From: an uncultured Gammaproteobacteria bacterium
Lineage (GTDB): Bacteria > Pseudomonadota > Gammaproteobacteria > JAURND01
Assembly: GCA_963714975.1 (NCBI GenBank)
Contig: CAVQQD010000001.1
Span: forward strand, 224,001-288,000
Length of the DNA: 64,000 nucleotides
Reading direction: 5' to 3'
Part shown: one piece after another, positions 1 to 10,192 of the stretch
How positions within the stretch are numbered: position 1 is the stretch's first letter
Layout: the number at the start of each line of letters is the position of its first letter
The notes under the pieces: generated by a model
Databases searched by the model: none
What the model was told of the DNA's origin: nothing
The model's input: only the letters and a program-made list of their open reading frames with translations
Position numbers and translations under genes: made by a program

Positions 1-230
1 ACTCTGCCAGGGCCGGCCAAGTCGGTGAACATGCTAATTTTACTCCATAGGTGTGGGGTGGATAGCAGACGCAGCCGTAGGGGTGACGCGTGGGGAAACC
101 ACGCCGCGCGCAGCGTGCGAGCACGGCGGGTGACCGCGCGGCAGGACCCCGAAGGCGTTGCGTCTGCCCCATCCCCCTCTCCCTAAGGAAATTTGGAGCT
201 GTTCACCGACTTGGCCGGCCCTGGCAGAGT
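1..230. mobile_element. MITE-like element with perfect 30-bp terminal inverted repeats and GC-rich self-complementary interior (may extend left of window)
   Basis: 1-30 actctgccagggccggccaagtcggtgaac is the exact reverse complement of 201-230; interior stem ggggtggatagcagacgcagc / gttgcgtctgccccatcccc. Confidence 0.7.
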
Positions 231-235
231 TGCCC

Positions 236-1297
236 TCAGCCGAGGCTGCCCTGCAGCTCTGTGATTTCTATCAGATAATTTGCAAATTCATCTAATTTTA
301 ATTCGCGATCGACAGCTCCCATCGCCTTAGCAACAGCGGCGATCCCAAAAACCACAGACGATTCGGGATCCTGAATCAAGGTATGGCCATGCGCATTTTT
401 TAACTCCATCAAACCTTGGGCGCCATCATTACCCATGCCTGTTAATAAAATACCGATAGCATTTGCACCACAGATTCTAGCAACGGACTTTAACATCACC
501 GTAATTGAAGGGCAGAACCCACTTACTTGATCACCAGACACAAGTCTTGAGATAAGTTTATCTTGAACGCGATCAATTTCTAGATGAACTCCATCTGGAG
601 CAACATAAATGCTGCCTTTTTCCAATTCTTGCAGATTAGTGGCGTCTTTAACTGGCAAAGCAGTACTCTCGTTTAGCCACTTGGTAAAGCCACTGATAAA
701 ACCAAAACTCATATGCTGCACGACTATAATAGGGAGAGGAAAATTGGGTGGTAGCTTCGAAAAAATAGTTTTTAGCGCCAAGGGACCGCCTACTGAAGTA
801 CCCACCGCAACTAACTCATAATTTCGAAATTGCGACTTAATAAAAGTTATTTTGCTAGGTTGTGGAACTTGAATCGTGGGAAATCCTCGCTTAACGACTT
901 TAATTGTTGCCATGCTGCGTAGGGTATCTACAATGCGTTGACGAGTTTCCTCGAATGAAGCTGCCAAAATGTTACTCGGTTTGGCGAGGGCAGTTAATGC
1001 TCCCGCTTCGAGGATATGGAAAGTGGCTTTGACTGATTCATCACTGACAGTGGAACTAATTACCACGATAGGAGTTGGGTTTTGTTCTACGATAATACGA
1101 GTTGCTTCAAGCCCATTCATTATGGGCATTTCAATGTCCATAGTAATCAAGTCGGGTTTTAACTGCGCGGCAAGCTCAACCCCCTCTCTGCCATTTCGAG
1201 CATTACCAACCACAATCATATCCGATTCTGGCTCGATGATATGTTTAATTAATGCAGTTTCGGTATCTGAGTCATCCACAATGAGAATTCGTATCAT
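236..1297 (-). CDS. cheB: Chemotaxis response regulator protein-glutamate methylesterase (REC + CheB)
   Basis: REC (ILIVDDS...ITMDIEMP) plus methylesterase motifs GTSVGGP, VQHM, LTGMGNDGA; ATG at 1297 preferred over 1333. Confidence 0.95.
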   Translation of the reverse strand: MIRILIVDDSDTETALIKHIIEPESDMIVVGNARNGREGVELAAQLKPDLITMDIEMPIMNGLEATRIIVEQNPTPIVVISSTVSDESVKATFHILEAGALTALAKPSNILAASFEETRQRIVDTLRSMATIKVVKRGFPTIQVPQPSKITFIKSQFRNYELVAVGTSVGGPLALKTIFSKLPPNFPLPIIVVQHMSFGFISGFTKWLNESTALPVKDATNLQELEKGSIYVAPDGVHLEIDRVQDKLISRLVSGDQVSGFCPSITVMLKSVARICGANAIGILLTGMGNDGAQGLMELKNAHGHTLIQDPESSVVFGIAAVAKAMGAVDRELKLDEFANYLIEITELQGSLG

Positions 1298-1301
1298 AGG
1301 T

Positions 1302-3548
1302 TTATACCCGTTGCGCTTCAAGATGAAGTGCATTATAAATGAGATCAGCTGAATTCAATACAATAATAATTTGCCCATTACCTGATAAGGTGGCGCCTGC
1401 AATACAGGGCACATTAATTAACGGGAATTGTAACGGTTTTATCACAATTTCTCGTTCGCCGATAACTTCATCGACAAGAATGGCGACAGAGTCCCGCTCT
1501 TTTTTAATCACCACTACGGGCAGTTGTTCGTCGGACGAAAATTTTCTAGCTGGAAGCTGCAATATTTCAGACAGAGCGCATAAATAAATCGGATGATTGT
1601 CCATTAAAATACCTTGGCTACCTTGCATACTAATGACGTCGGCAATACCCAATAACAATACTCGTTCCACTGAGTTAGTAGACATAACAAATAGTTGGTG
1701 ATTGCTACTTACAATCAAACCTCGCTCAGTAGCAAGCGTGAGGGGAACACGCAAATGAAAAGTTGTGCCTTTCCCCAGCTCCGTGGTCACAGTCACTCGA
1801 CCTTTTAAACTAGCAAGATTTGCTTTAACTACGTCAAGACCTACACCACGACCAGAAATTTCCGAGACGATTTCTTTGGTGGAAAATCCAGGGCGAAAAA
1901 TTAATTCGATAATTTCATCTTTCGCCAGGGTCTCGAGATCGGCTTTGGCTAAAATAGTTTTTTTCAAGGCATTTTCAGCCACTTTATTAATATCAATTCC
2001 TCCTCCATCATCAGAAATATTAAAAATAATTTGGTTACCTTCCTCCAGCACCTCAATGCTGATCCGACCCATTTCTGGCTTGCCACTTTTTTTCCGCCAC
2101 TCAACGCTTTCGATACCGTGGTCAATAGCATTGCGAAGGATATGAATAATCGGATCTTTTAAACCCTCCAGGACCATTTTATCAATCTTGACATCATTAT
2201 CTTTGATTACCAGCTCTACAGATTTCCTCAGGCTTTGTGCTATATCACGGACTACCCGGGGTAAATTGCGCAGCAAAGTTGCCACAGGAATCAGGCGTAA
2301 CATCCGCACTTCATCTTGGAGTGCGCTGAATAACACGGTATATTCATTAATGTGTACCTGCATTTCTTTATGCATTTGACTAATGTTATGGGCAATATCC
2401 TCGAGGAGATAGGTATTTTCGCCGTTACGGCTATTGTTAAATTCTAAGCTATTTTTCCTCCAATTAAGCATAAATTGCTTCATTCTATTATTTAACTTAA
2501 CCAGCTGATTAAAATCATCGTCCATAGCAATTTTGTTAACTTGCATTTCTTCCATGTAAGCAGATACACGGTCTAAATTATCAACCGCTACGCGGATGGT
2601 CTCATATTCGCTGGTTTTAGCGGCAGGCGCCTGAGGTTCTGTAATTGGCACTTGTGGAAGAGGCGGTTGCTTTTTTTCCAACTTGCCAGCAGCAGCTTGT
2701 TGTAACCGTAATAAAAGATCTTCAAGATCAAATTCAGGGGGTTTATTTTCCAAAAAACACTGCATGGCCTCTCGCATACAGTCAACTGCCCATAAACAAA
2801 GATTAATCATATCAGCAGAAACTTCTATACTTTTTTTTTGGACTGCAGCAAACAACGTCTCAACATGATGCGCAATTTCGCCGATGTTGGTCAGCCCAAT
2901 ACCGCGCGCAGACCCTTTTACGTTGTGTGCCGCCCTAAAAATAGCTTCAATCGTTTTAGTAGAATCCATTCCTTGTTTTTCATTTTGCTCGAATTCAAGC
3001 AAGGCATTGGTAATTAATTCTAGCCGCTCTTCCAACTCTGCCTTAAAGATTTCCATCACTTGTTGTTGAAATTCGTCAGGCTTAGGCTTGGTTTCCGTTG
3101 GTTTATGGGGTGTTTCTGGCGTAGATGGGAGTTTAAGTCCCGGAGCAGTTTGCCCCTGTTCCAGCTGTTTTAATAACTTTTTCAAGTCAAAAAGCAAGGG
3201 TTTTTCGTCAATGAAACATTGCATGGCTTCGCGCATACGGTCGACTGCTTGCAAACAAAGCGTGATAATTTCAGGAGAAATAGCCAGGGTCTGGGTTTGG
3301 ATGGATGAAAAAAGAGTTTCGACATGGTGGGCAATCTCTCCAACATCTGCAATACCAATTCCATGAGCTGCGCCTTTAATATTATGGGCTGCGCGAAAAA
3401 TTTCATTGATAGTTGGCGAAAGATCTACACCCTCAGGACTGCCCCTTTCTAATGCAAGTAGCCCATCAGTAATAGTTTGCAGTCTCTCTTCAAGCTCGGC
3501 TTTGAATGTGACTACTATTTGTTTTAAAAATTCAGCATTTGACCCCAT
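1302..3548 (-). CDS. cheA: CheA histidine kinase with two Hpt domains, dimerisation, HATPase and CheW domains; no C-terminal REC
   Basis: Two FRAAHN(I/V)KG Hpt motifs, HILRNAIDHGIE, DDGGGID, GFST...SGRGVGLDVV, C-terminal CheW-like IAGATLSGNG. Confidence 0.95.
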   Translation of the reverse strand: MGSNAEFLKQIVVTFKAELEERLQTITDGLLALERGSPEGVDLSPTINEIFRAAHNIKGAAHGIGIADVGEIAHHVETLFSSIQTQTLAISPEIITLCLQAVDRMREAMQCFIDEKPLLFDLKKLLKQLEQGQTAPGLKLPSTPETPHKPTETKPKPDEFQQQVMEIFKAELEERLELITNALLEFEQNEKQGMDSTKTIEAIFRAAHNVKGSARGIGLTNIGEIAHHVETLFAAVQKKSIEVSADMINLCLWAVDCMREAMQCFLENKPPEFDLEDLLLRLQQAAAGKLEKKQPPLPQVPITEPQAPAAKTSEYETIRVAVDNLDRVSAYMEEMQVNKIAMDDDFNQLVKLNNRMKQFMLNWRKNSLEFNNSRNGENTYLLEDIAHNISQMHKEMQVHINEYTVLFSALQDEVRMLRLIPVATLLRNLPRVVRDIAQSLRKSVELVIKDNDVKIDKMVLEGLKDPIIHILRNAIDHGIESVEWRKKSGKPEMGRISIEVLEEGNQIIFNISDDGGGIDINKVAENALKKTILAKADLETLAKDEIIELIFRPGFSTKEIVSEISGRGVGLDVVKANLASLKGRVTVTTELGKGTTFHLRVPLTLATERGLIVSSNHQLFVMSTNSVERVLLLGIADVISMQGSQGILMDNHPIYLCALSEILQLPARKFSSDEQLPVVVIKKERDSVAILVDEVIGEREIVIKPLQFPLINVPCIAGATLSGNGQIIIVLNSADLIYNALHLEAQRV

Positions 3549-3559
3549 TGCCGTACGTC

Positions 3560-5275
3560 CTAAGCATGGCCTCTCAATCCTTCGGCAATTTCAGCTAACT
3601 GATTGATAGCAGTGCTGGTTTGTTTGACACTATTGACGAATGCGGCGGTCACTTGGTTGATTTCACTCATACCTACAGTAATTTGTTCAATACCGATCGC
3701 TTCCTGGCGAATTGCAGCTTCAATATGCTGACTGGCAATGGAAGCTTCGTGGGTCATCTCACTTAAACTTTTAATGACTTCTCCGGCTTTTTCAATTAGT
3801 TTACTGCCATTATCAACTCCTTTAGTGCCTTCTTCAGTGACCAAAACTGCTTCTTCTGCGGCATGGCGGATATCTTCTAAAATTTTCTGCACTTGGGTTG
3901 TGGATTGTTCTGATTGTTCGGCTAAATTTTTTACTTCAATCGCGACCACAGCAAACCCCCTACCTGCTTCGCCTGCTTTTGCTGCTTCAATGGATGCATT
4001 CAGTGCCAACATTTTAGATTGTTGCGCTAAGGCATTAACAACAGCAGTAATTTCTCCTACTTGTTGAGTTTGATTACTTAAGTCAAGAATGGTTTGGGCA
4101 ATAATCTGTACCTTATCACGTAACTCCCGCATTCCCTGAATACTTTGTTCCACAGATTCCATGCCAAGCTTAGCTTTTTCGCGAGTTTGTCTTGCCATCT
4201 CACCCAGGGTCTGTGCTTTTTCACTGGTTTGTTTTGAGCTCTTATCGATTTGCTCTAATGACGCGGTAATTTCATTAATAGACGAAGCCTGCTCTGTAAT
4301 ACCCGTGGATTGTTCATTAGCTGATGACCTTACTTCCTTTAAGGTTTCAATCATGCTATTACTTGTCTCCACGATTCTGACATTTACTGTTTTCATCCTC
4401 TCTTCATTCCGCTTGATTTCATCTTCATTTTCTCGAATAGCGACTTGCATCACGCCTAAAGAATGCAATAAATCGCCAGTCTCATCATTAGAGATCGTGG
4501 TAATTTCAAGATTACGCTCACCTGCAGCAATTCTTTGGGCGATATTGATAGCGTTTTGTAAGGGAGGAACTATTTTCGTAGCGGTAACCAGTGCAATAGC
4601 AATGGAAGCAAGGATTACAATGACTAATATGAGGATTTCTAGTAATTCTAAGACGGTCATACTGTTTGCTATTGTGACGCTACCCTGTTGTAATTTTTGA
4701 TATTGAATATCAAGTAATCCGCCACTGGGATTATTGGCAGGACCTTCTATGATATTCATGATCTTATTAAATAACGGCAATGTTTCAGCACCTAAAATCT
4801 CGGTTGCGGCCGCTGGAGTGCTGGCGTTTTCTACCTTCTCTTGTGCGATTTTAAATGCAAGGAGCAAAGGCTTGATATTTTGCCATCCTGAAACAAAATT
4901 TCGCGACCAATAAGCGGATAAATTATCTAAAATTAGTCGCAGATGATCAATGGCGACCGAGGCAGCAACTCGTCCGGATTTAAACTTAGGATCGTGAAAT
5001 AAAATCCAGCTCCGATTCATTGAGGAAGATTCCCACAAGTTATTTTCTAAGCTGATCATATTATTGTAAGTGGGTAAGTCTGATGTTATGAACTTATTAA
5101 CTGAATTTTTAGTGTGGGCAATGATAAAAAAAGTGATTATAGCGGCGACTATTAAAATAATGATGATGGTAGTATAACCCAGGAGTAAACGTTTACGGAT
5201 ACCTAGACGGGCGAAGTGAGGCTCATCTACCCAATGCCGTGCGTTATTTTGCGGAAATTTGCTTATTCCATTCAT
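3560..5275 (-). CDS. Methyl-accepting chemotaxis protein (2 TM, periplasmic sensor, HAMP, signalling domain)
   Basis: Two hydrophobic TM segments, HAMP (SNDETGDL), hairpin tip LALNASIEAAKAGEAGRGFAVVA. Confidence 0.95.
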   Translation of the reverse strand: MNGISKFPQNNARHWVDEPHFARLGIRKRLLLGYTTIIIILIVAAIITFFIIAHTKNSVNKFITSDLPTYNNMISLENNLWESSSMNRSWILFHDPKFKSGRVAASVAIDHLRLILDNLSAYWSRNFVSGWQNIKPLLLAFKIAQEKVENASTPAAATEILGAETLPLFNKIMNIIEGPANNPSGGLLDIQYQKLQQGSVTIANSMTVLELLEILILVIVILASIAIALVTATKIVPPLQNAINIAQRIAAGERNLEITTISNDETGDLLHSLGVMQVAIRENEDEIKRNEERMKTVNVRIVETSNSMIETLKEVRSSANEQSTGITEQASSINEITASLEQIDKSSKQTSEKAQTLGEMARQTREKAKLGMESVEQSIQGMRELRDKVQIIAQTILDLSNQTQQVGEITAVVNALAQQSKMLALNASIEAAKAGEAGRGFAVVAIEVKNLAEQSEQSTTQVQKILEDIRHAAEEAVLVTEEGTKGVDNGSKLIEKAGEVIKSLSEMTHEASIASQHIEAAIRQEAIGIEQITVGMSEINQVTAAFVNSVKQTSTAINQLAEIAEGLRGHA

Positions 5276-5318
5276 TCAATATCCCTCCTGGAAACTTATT
5301 TAGACTACACCTGCGAAA

Positions 5319-5891
5319 TTAAGCTTGCAATAGCTGAGGATCTTTCATGATCGCTTCAATATTAATAATAGCAATAACTCCGCGGTGAAGTCCAATAACA
5401 TACTCAGTTTTAATCGCGCTAAGCGAGGGAAGGCCAGTGGCTAAGTTGACTGGCTCATAGGTATCACTGTCTTCGATGTTGTCTGCCAATATCCCCAAGG
5501 TAATGCCTTTGGTTGTAACAACTATTACTTGTGCTTTAGCCGTTTTTGTTTCCACACTCTGCAAAGTAAAGAACTGTTTAAGGTCTAAAATAGCAATCAA
5601 AGCGCCATGACGATTAATGATACCTTTGATAAACTGGCGTGAACGTGGCAAGGGAGTAATAAGTACATTACGCATTACCTCCTTAACAAATTCATAGGGA
5701 ATCCCATACGTCTCATTTTCGCCTAATTTAAACCGCACATACGCAACACCTGCCACGTGTTTTACCGTCTCAACTTTCAGCATTGCTAATTGCTTAGCGC
5801 GCTCATGCAAAATTTGCAGTTCTGTCTCATTTCGTGGCATGAGGTTGCTGGCATGTAGCTTGTGATGTCTCCTAGGGGAATGCATGATCAA
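5319..5891 (-). CDS. cheW: CheW-family coupling protein (WspD-like)
   Basis: FKLGENETYGIP...GIINRHGALIAILDLKQFF; position in che operon. Confidence 0.88.
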   Translation of the reverse strand: MIMHSPRRHHKLHASNLMPRNETELQILHERAKQLAMLKVETVKHVAGVAYVRFKLGENETYGIPYEFVKEVMRNVLITPLPRSRQFIKGIINRHGALIAILDLKQFFTLQSVETKTAKAQVIVVTTKGITLGILADNIEDSDTYEPVNLATGLPSLSAIKTEYVIGLHRGVIAIINIEAIMKDPQLLQA

Positions 5892-5915
5892 TACTCCTTA
5901 ACCATGGGCTCACCT

Positions 5916-6794
5916 TCATGGTTTTATAAAATATATTCCTTGATTATCTATATATTGCAGACCGGAATCTGCAACATTAATTGGATCAGAGGCACCTAAT
6001 AATAGATACCCGCCCTCCACCAGGCAGGCACTAATTTTTTTCATAATGCTAATAATACGTTCTTTATCAAAATAGATCAGCACATTTCGACATAAAATCA
6101 AATCTTGGGCATTAGTTCCGTTTAAAATAGCGGGGTATTTATTTGCATTTAAGTTAAGATAAGAAAACTTAACCAGGTTGCGGATTCTGGACGAAAGAAT
6201 ATACCCATGATTCTCTTTAGCAAAATATTTATTGAGATACTGCGGCGTTATGCTACGCATTGACCATTTCGTGTATCGACCAGAAGTTGCTTGCGCTAAT
6301 GCCATGGTATTGATATCTGTGCCCAGTAGCTGCAATGACCAAGCTTCAGGAGTGGTGAGGATTTCACAAAGTAAGATAGCGATAGTATATATTTCTTCAC
6401 CCGTTGCACAACCTGCACTCCATATTCGGATCGTTTTATTTTTTTCCCTGGTCTTTTTTGCGATAATTTCCGGAATAATGATATTTTCCAGCAGTCGTCC
6501 TTGCTGCTTATCACGAAAAAAATAGGTTTCGCCCACAGTAATGCCACCAACTAAATAATCAAATAGTGGAGAATTATCTGCTGCTTGCCGTAATTGTTCG
6601 AGATATTCTGTGGGTTGGCAATGAAATTTTTCACAGGCCTCCAGAATCGTTTTAAACAAATCATTGGTTTGATGCAGATGAATAACGATGCCTAAACGCA
6701 CTTGGATAAAGTTTAAAAAATCCGACTCGCAGGCTATCACCTTTTCGACAAGCTCTCTCGAATGTTGCTTGTAGATGCTAGCATCAATTTTCAT
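5916..6794 (-). CDS. cheR: Chemotaxis methyltransferase CheR (no TPR extension)
   Basis: TVGETYFFRD, IWSAGCATGEEIY, GTDIN, DLILCRNVLIYF. Confidence 0.95.
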   Translation of the reverse strand: MKIDASIYKQHSRELVEKVIACESDFLNFIQVRLGIVIHLHQTNDLFKTILEACEKFHCQPTEYLEQLRQAADNSPLFDYLVGGITVGETYFFRDKQQGRLLENIIIPEIIAKKTREKNKTIRIWSAGCATGEEIYTIAILLCEILTTPEAWSLQLLGTDINTMALAQATSGRYTKWSMRSITPQYLNKYFAKENHGYILSSRIRNLVKFSYLNLNANKYPAILNGTNAQDLILCRNVLIYFDKERIISIMKKISACLVEGGYLLLGASDPINVADSGLQYIDNQGIYFIKP

Positions 6795-7279
6795 ACAGCC
6801 CGTCGTCCCGGCTTCGAGCTAAGCCGAAAATCTAAAATACGTTCCATATTGATTAGTAATGAGACACCTGTATCTAAGGCAATAGCCGCAATAAAGAGGG
6901 AACTTGCGTTGTTAAATTCCTCACGCATTTGCATGATTTCCTCTTCAACATCAGCCAGCCCAAGGACTTCATCAATGATTAGACCTGCTTGAGCACCGTC
7001 AGTACAAAGTAAAATAGGGGTGGTTAATCGGTAGGGCTTATTGGGTGTAAATCCCAGTCTCATAGCTAGATCAATCACGGGGATGCTTTTGCCCGTAAGA
7101 TTCATTAATCCAGCCAAATAGGCAGGGCTATTAGGAACAGTTTCTAAAAAAACCAGTGGCAAAATTTTCTCAATATATTGAACATCCATACAGAAACGCA
7201 CATTTTGCAGCAAAAAATGCAATACTTGCAATTTGTATTTGATTGGTAAATTTGGCATACGATAAGTTCCCAAATGCAC
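6791..7279 (-). CDS. cheW: CheW-family coupling protein (WspB-like)
   Basis: VPNSPAYLAGLMNLTGKSIPVIDL, GLIIDEVLG. Confidence 0.9.
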   Translation of the reverse strand: MHLGTYRMPNLPIKYKLQVLHFLLQNVRFCMDVQYIEKILPLVFLETVPNSPAYLAGLMNLTGKSIPVIDLAMRLGFTPNKPYRLTTPILLCTDGAQAGLIIDEVLGLADVEEEIMQMREEFNNASSLFIAAIALDTGVSLLINMERILDFRLSSKPGRRAV

Positions 7280-7384
7280 GCTCGGTATTTGTGTATTATA
7301 GTTAAGTATGCGCTAAAAGCGAATCAATGCTTAGACTGCGCCCGTGGCCTGAATCCACGGGGCTTTTCAAAATAGGATTCAACC

Positions 7385-8734
7385 ATGCAGAAAAATACTC
7401 CGCCAGATGAACTCTACCAATTTGCCAATGAAAGGATCGAAGAACGAAAATCAGCATTAATTGGTTGGAAAATATTAATAGTGGATGATAAAAAAGCTAT
7501 CCATGAGGTAATTCAATTAGCCCTAAAGGATTTTATTTTTGCAGATAAAATTTTGATTTTTTTACATGCCTATTCAGGACAGGAAGCAAGACAAATTCTT
7601 AATGAAAATTCTAACATTGCCATAATACTGTTGGATGTAACCATGGAACAGGAAGATGCAGGATTACAGATAGTTAAATTTACCCGGGAAGAATTAAAAA
7701 ATTTTTCTACACGAATAATCTTATGCACGGGTCAATTGGATTATGCTCTCGAAACGAAAATAGTCATAGACTATGATGTCAATGAGTATATAGCAAACAC
7801 ACAATTATCTTCAAATCGACTATTTACTGCTATATTAGCCAATTTACGTGCTTATCGTAATATACAACGACTTTCAGAGCAGCAACGCCAATTAGAAAAA
7901 ATTAATGAAGCAGCGTCACGCTTTATTCCAGCGGGATTTTTGCAGCTATTGAACAAACAGAGCATTATTGAACTAGCGCTTGATGATCATATTGAGCAAG
8001 AAATGACAATATTATTTTTGGACATTCGTTCATTTACCACGATCAGTGAGTTTTTATTGCCATTAGAAACCATCAAATTTATTAATAATTTTGTATCATA
8101 CCTAGAGCCTGTCATTGTGGCAAATAAGGGTTTTGTGGATAAATACATTGGTGATGGCTTAATGGCCATATTTGCTACTAAAGCTGATGATGCGGTAAAC
8201 GCAGCAATTGCCATGCTTAAGTCACTAGGAGATTATAATTACACTCGTTTAACCAAGCATCAAATACCTATTAAAATTGGGGTTGGAATTAATACGGGGA
8301 AAACATGTGTTGGAGTAGTAGGTTTCGAGGATCGGATGGATTGCACGGTTATTAGCACCGCAGTTAATGTTGCCTCGCGGATAGAAGATTTAACTAAAAA
8401 ATTGGGGACTCATCTACTGATTAGTTCCGATACTTTTTTGTCCCTTGAAAACTCCAAACAATTTCATTTTCGCTTCATTGGGAAAATGACAGTTAAGGGA
8501 AAACACGAGCCTGTGGGTATCTACGAAATTTTTGATATGGATCCAGAATCTATATTGCAATTTAAAGAACAAACTAAAGAAGAATTCGAAGCAGCGATTA
8601 GCTTATACATGACACGAGAATTCGAAGCAGCGAACAAAATTTTTAGCAAAATTGTTGCTCATAATTCCCACGATGCGCCAGCTAAATATTTTTTAGCAAA
8701 AACCGAGGAATTGCTAAGGTACTCACATAAATAG
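7385..8734 (+). CDS. REC-domain class III adenylate/guanylate cyclase
   Basis: N-terminal REC (ILIVDD, ILLDVTME); cyclase motifs FLDIRSFT, DKYIGDGLM, GINTG, TVISTAVNVASRIE, VKGK. Confidence 0.92.
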   Translation: MQKNTPPDELYQFANERIEERKSALIGWKILIVDDKKAIHEVIQLALKDFIFADKILIFLHAYSGQEARQILNENSNIAIILLDVTMEQEDAGLQIVKFTREELKNFSTRIILCTGQLDYALETKIVIDYDVNEYIANTQLSSNRLFTAILANLRAYRNIQRLSEQQRQLEKINEAASRFIPAGFLQLLNKQSIIELALDDHIEQEMTILFLDIRSFTTISEFLLPLETIKFINNFVSYLEPVIVANKGFVDKYIGDGLMAIFATKADDAVNAAIAMLKSLGDYNYTRLTKHQIPIKIGVGINTGKTCVGVVGFEDRMDCTVISTAVNVASRIEDLTKKLGTHLLISSDTFLSLENSKQFHFRFIGKMTVKGKHEPVGIYEIFDMDPESILQFKEQTKEEFEAAISLYMTREFEAANKIFSKIVAHNSHDAPAKYFLAKTEELLRYSHK

Positions 8735-8742
8735 GAGCACTG

Positions 8743-10050
8743 TCAGTGCGAGGAGCGAGGAAAATTTATAATAAATGTCGTTCCCTTCCCTAAAGTGCTT
8801 TCACATTTTATGCTTCCATTTAAAACCTGGGAAATCTGATTGTAGACAATATGTAACCCTAACCCAGTGCATCCGGCTTCCCGCTTGGTAGTGAAAAAAG
8901 GCTCAAAGATTTTTTGCAGATTTTGTGATGCAATACCTTTGCCGTTATCAGAATATTTAAGCTCTACTCCCCCATTGGTACTTGAAGCTTCAATATTAAG
9001 CGTGCCTGATTGACCTGGATCAAAGCCATGGATGATAGAATTCATAACCATTACCGTAATTGCCCGAAATATTACTCCAGGATAACCATAAACCAGCAAA
9101 TCTTCAGGGCATTCGATCATGGTTTTTAGGGCGGTATCTTTTAAAGCAGGGGCTAAACTAAAAATGATTTCCTCTAAATATTCTTTCAATGAAAACTGAC
9201 GACTTTGTTCTGTTACTTGGTCGACAGACACTTGCTTGAAATTGACAATGAGATCGACAGCTCTATTCAGGTTAATTTTTAATAACTCAATAGCTTCTTG
9301 GATTTTTGCAAAAAAATCAGTTAATTCCGATTTTTTTAAAAGATTTTGGGTGAAGGAACGATAAATAGGCTCCAAGGTTTCATTTAATTGGGTAACCGCT
9401 AAGACACTAATGCCTAAGGGAGTATTGACCTCGTGCGCAACACCAGCAACAAGGTTACCTAAAGAAGCCATTTTTTCTGATTCAATTAATTGCTTTTGGG
9501 TGCTTTTCAATGAATCAATGGTGGCCACAAGTTCATCATTAGCTTTGCGCAATTCTTCCGTTCTTAACTCGACTCTTTGCTCTAACTCAAGATTTAACTT
9601 TTTTAGCTCTTGCTGCGTTTTTTGCAAATCTATTTTCTTTTCTTGCAATTCGAAATAGTCACGGCTATTGCGGATGATATATCGCACGCGATGACCCAGT
9701 AGATCCCAGTTGATGGGCTTGGTAATGAAGTCAGTTGCTTTTACATTAAAAGCTCTATCAATTGAACTTACATCTTCGGAAGCCGTAGTAATTACTATAG
9801 GAACATGCTCACCACCAGGTAATTCTCGCAACTTGGCACAGGCAGTAAAACCATCCATGCCAGCCATAACCAGGTCAAGCAAGATTATGTCTGGCTTTGT
9901 TTCAGCAAATACTGTTAGCGCACTGGCGCCATCTTCTGCTTCATAAACGACAAATCCGGCAGATTCAAGAGCCGAACGCATCAGCAGCCGCATAGTGCGG
10001 CTATCATCAACCACCAGAGCAATATCTTTATCAAGGTTTTGATTTGACAT
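8743..10050 (-). CDS. Cytoplasmic hybrid kinase: REC + coiled coil + HisKA + HATPase
   Basis: REC (LVVDDS, ILLDLVM, FITKP); H-box VAHEVNTPLG; DNGKGI, FEPFFTTK, GLGL. Confidence 0.92.
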   Translation of the reverse strand: MSNQNLDKDIALVVDDSRTMRLLMRSALESAGFVVYEAEDGASALTVFAETKPDIILLDLVMAGMDGFTACAKLRELPGGEHVPIVITTASEDVSSIDRAFNVKATDFITKPINWDLLGHRVRYIIRNSRDYFELQEKKIDLQKTQQELKKLNLELEQRVELRTEELRKANDELVATIDSLKSTQKQLIESEKMASLGNLVAGVAHEVNTPLGISVLAVTQLNETLEPIYRSFTQNLLKKSELTDFFAKIQEAIELLKINLNRAVDLIVNFKQVSVDQVTEQSRQFSLKEYLEEIIFSLAPALKDTALKTMIECPEDLLVYGYPGVIFRAITVMVMNSIIHGFDPGQSGTLNIEASSTNGGVELKYSDNGKGIASQNLQKIFEPFFTTKREAGCTGLGLHIVYNQISQVLNGSIKCESTLGKGTTFIINFPRSSH

Positions 10051-10070
10051 AATTGCAACGCTCTCACACC

Positions 10071-10192
10071 GTCGTCCCGCTCCCGCGACTTGATCGCGGG
10101 ATTGTCCGCGGGATCTAGGTAAAGGCCAATAGAAACTTCATTTCTGGAGTCCCGCGGACAATCCCGCGATCAAGTCGCGGGAGCGGGACGAC
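10071..10192. repeat. REP/REPIN-like palindrome with 43-bp perfect inverted arms
   Basis: 10071-10113 is the reverse complement of 10150-10192; each arm contains hairpin cccgcgacttgatcgcggg. Confidence 0.85.
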
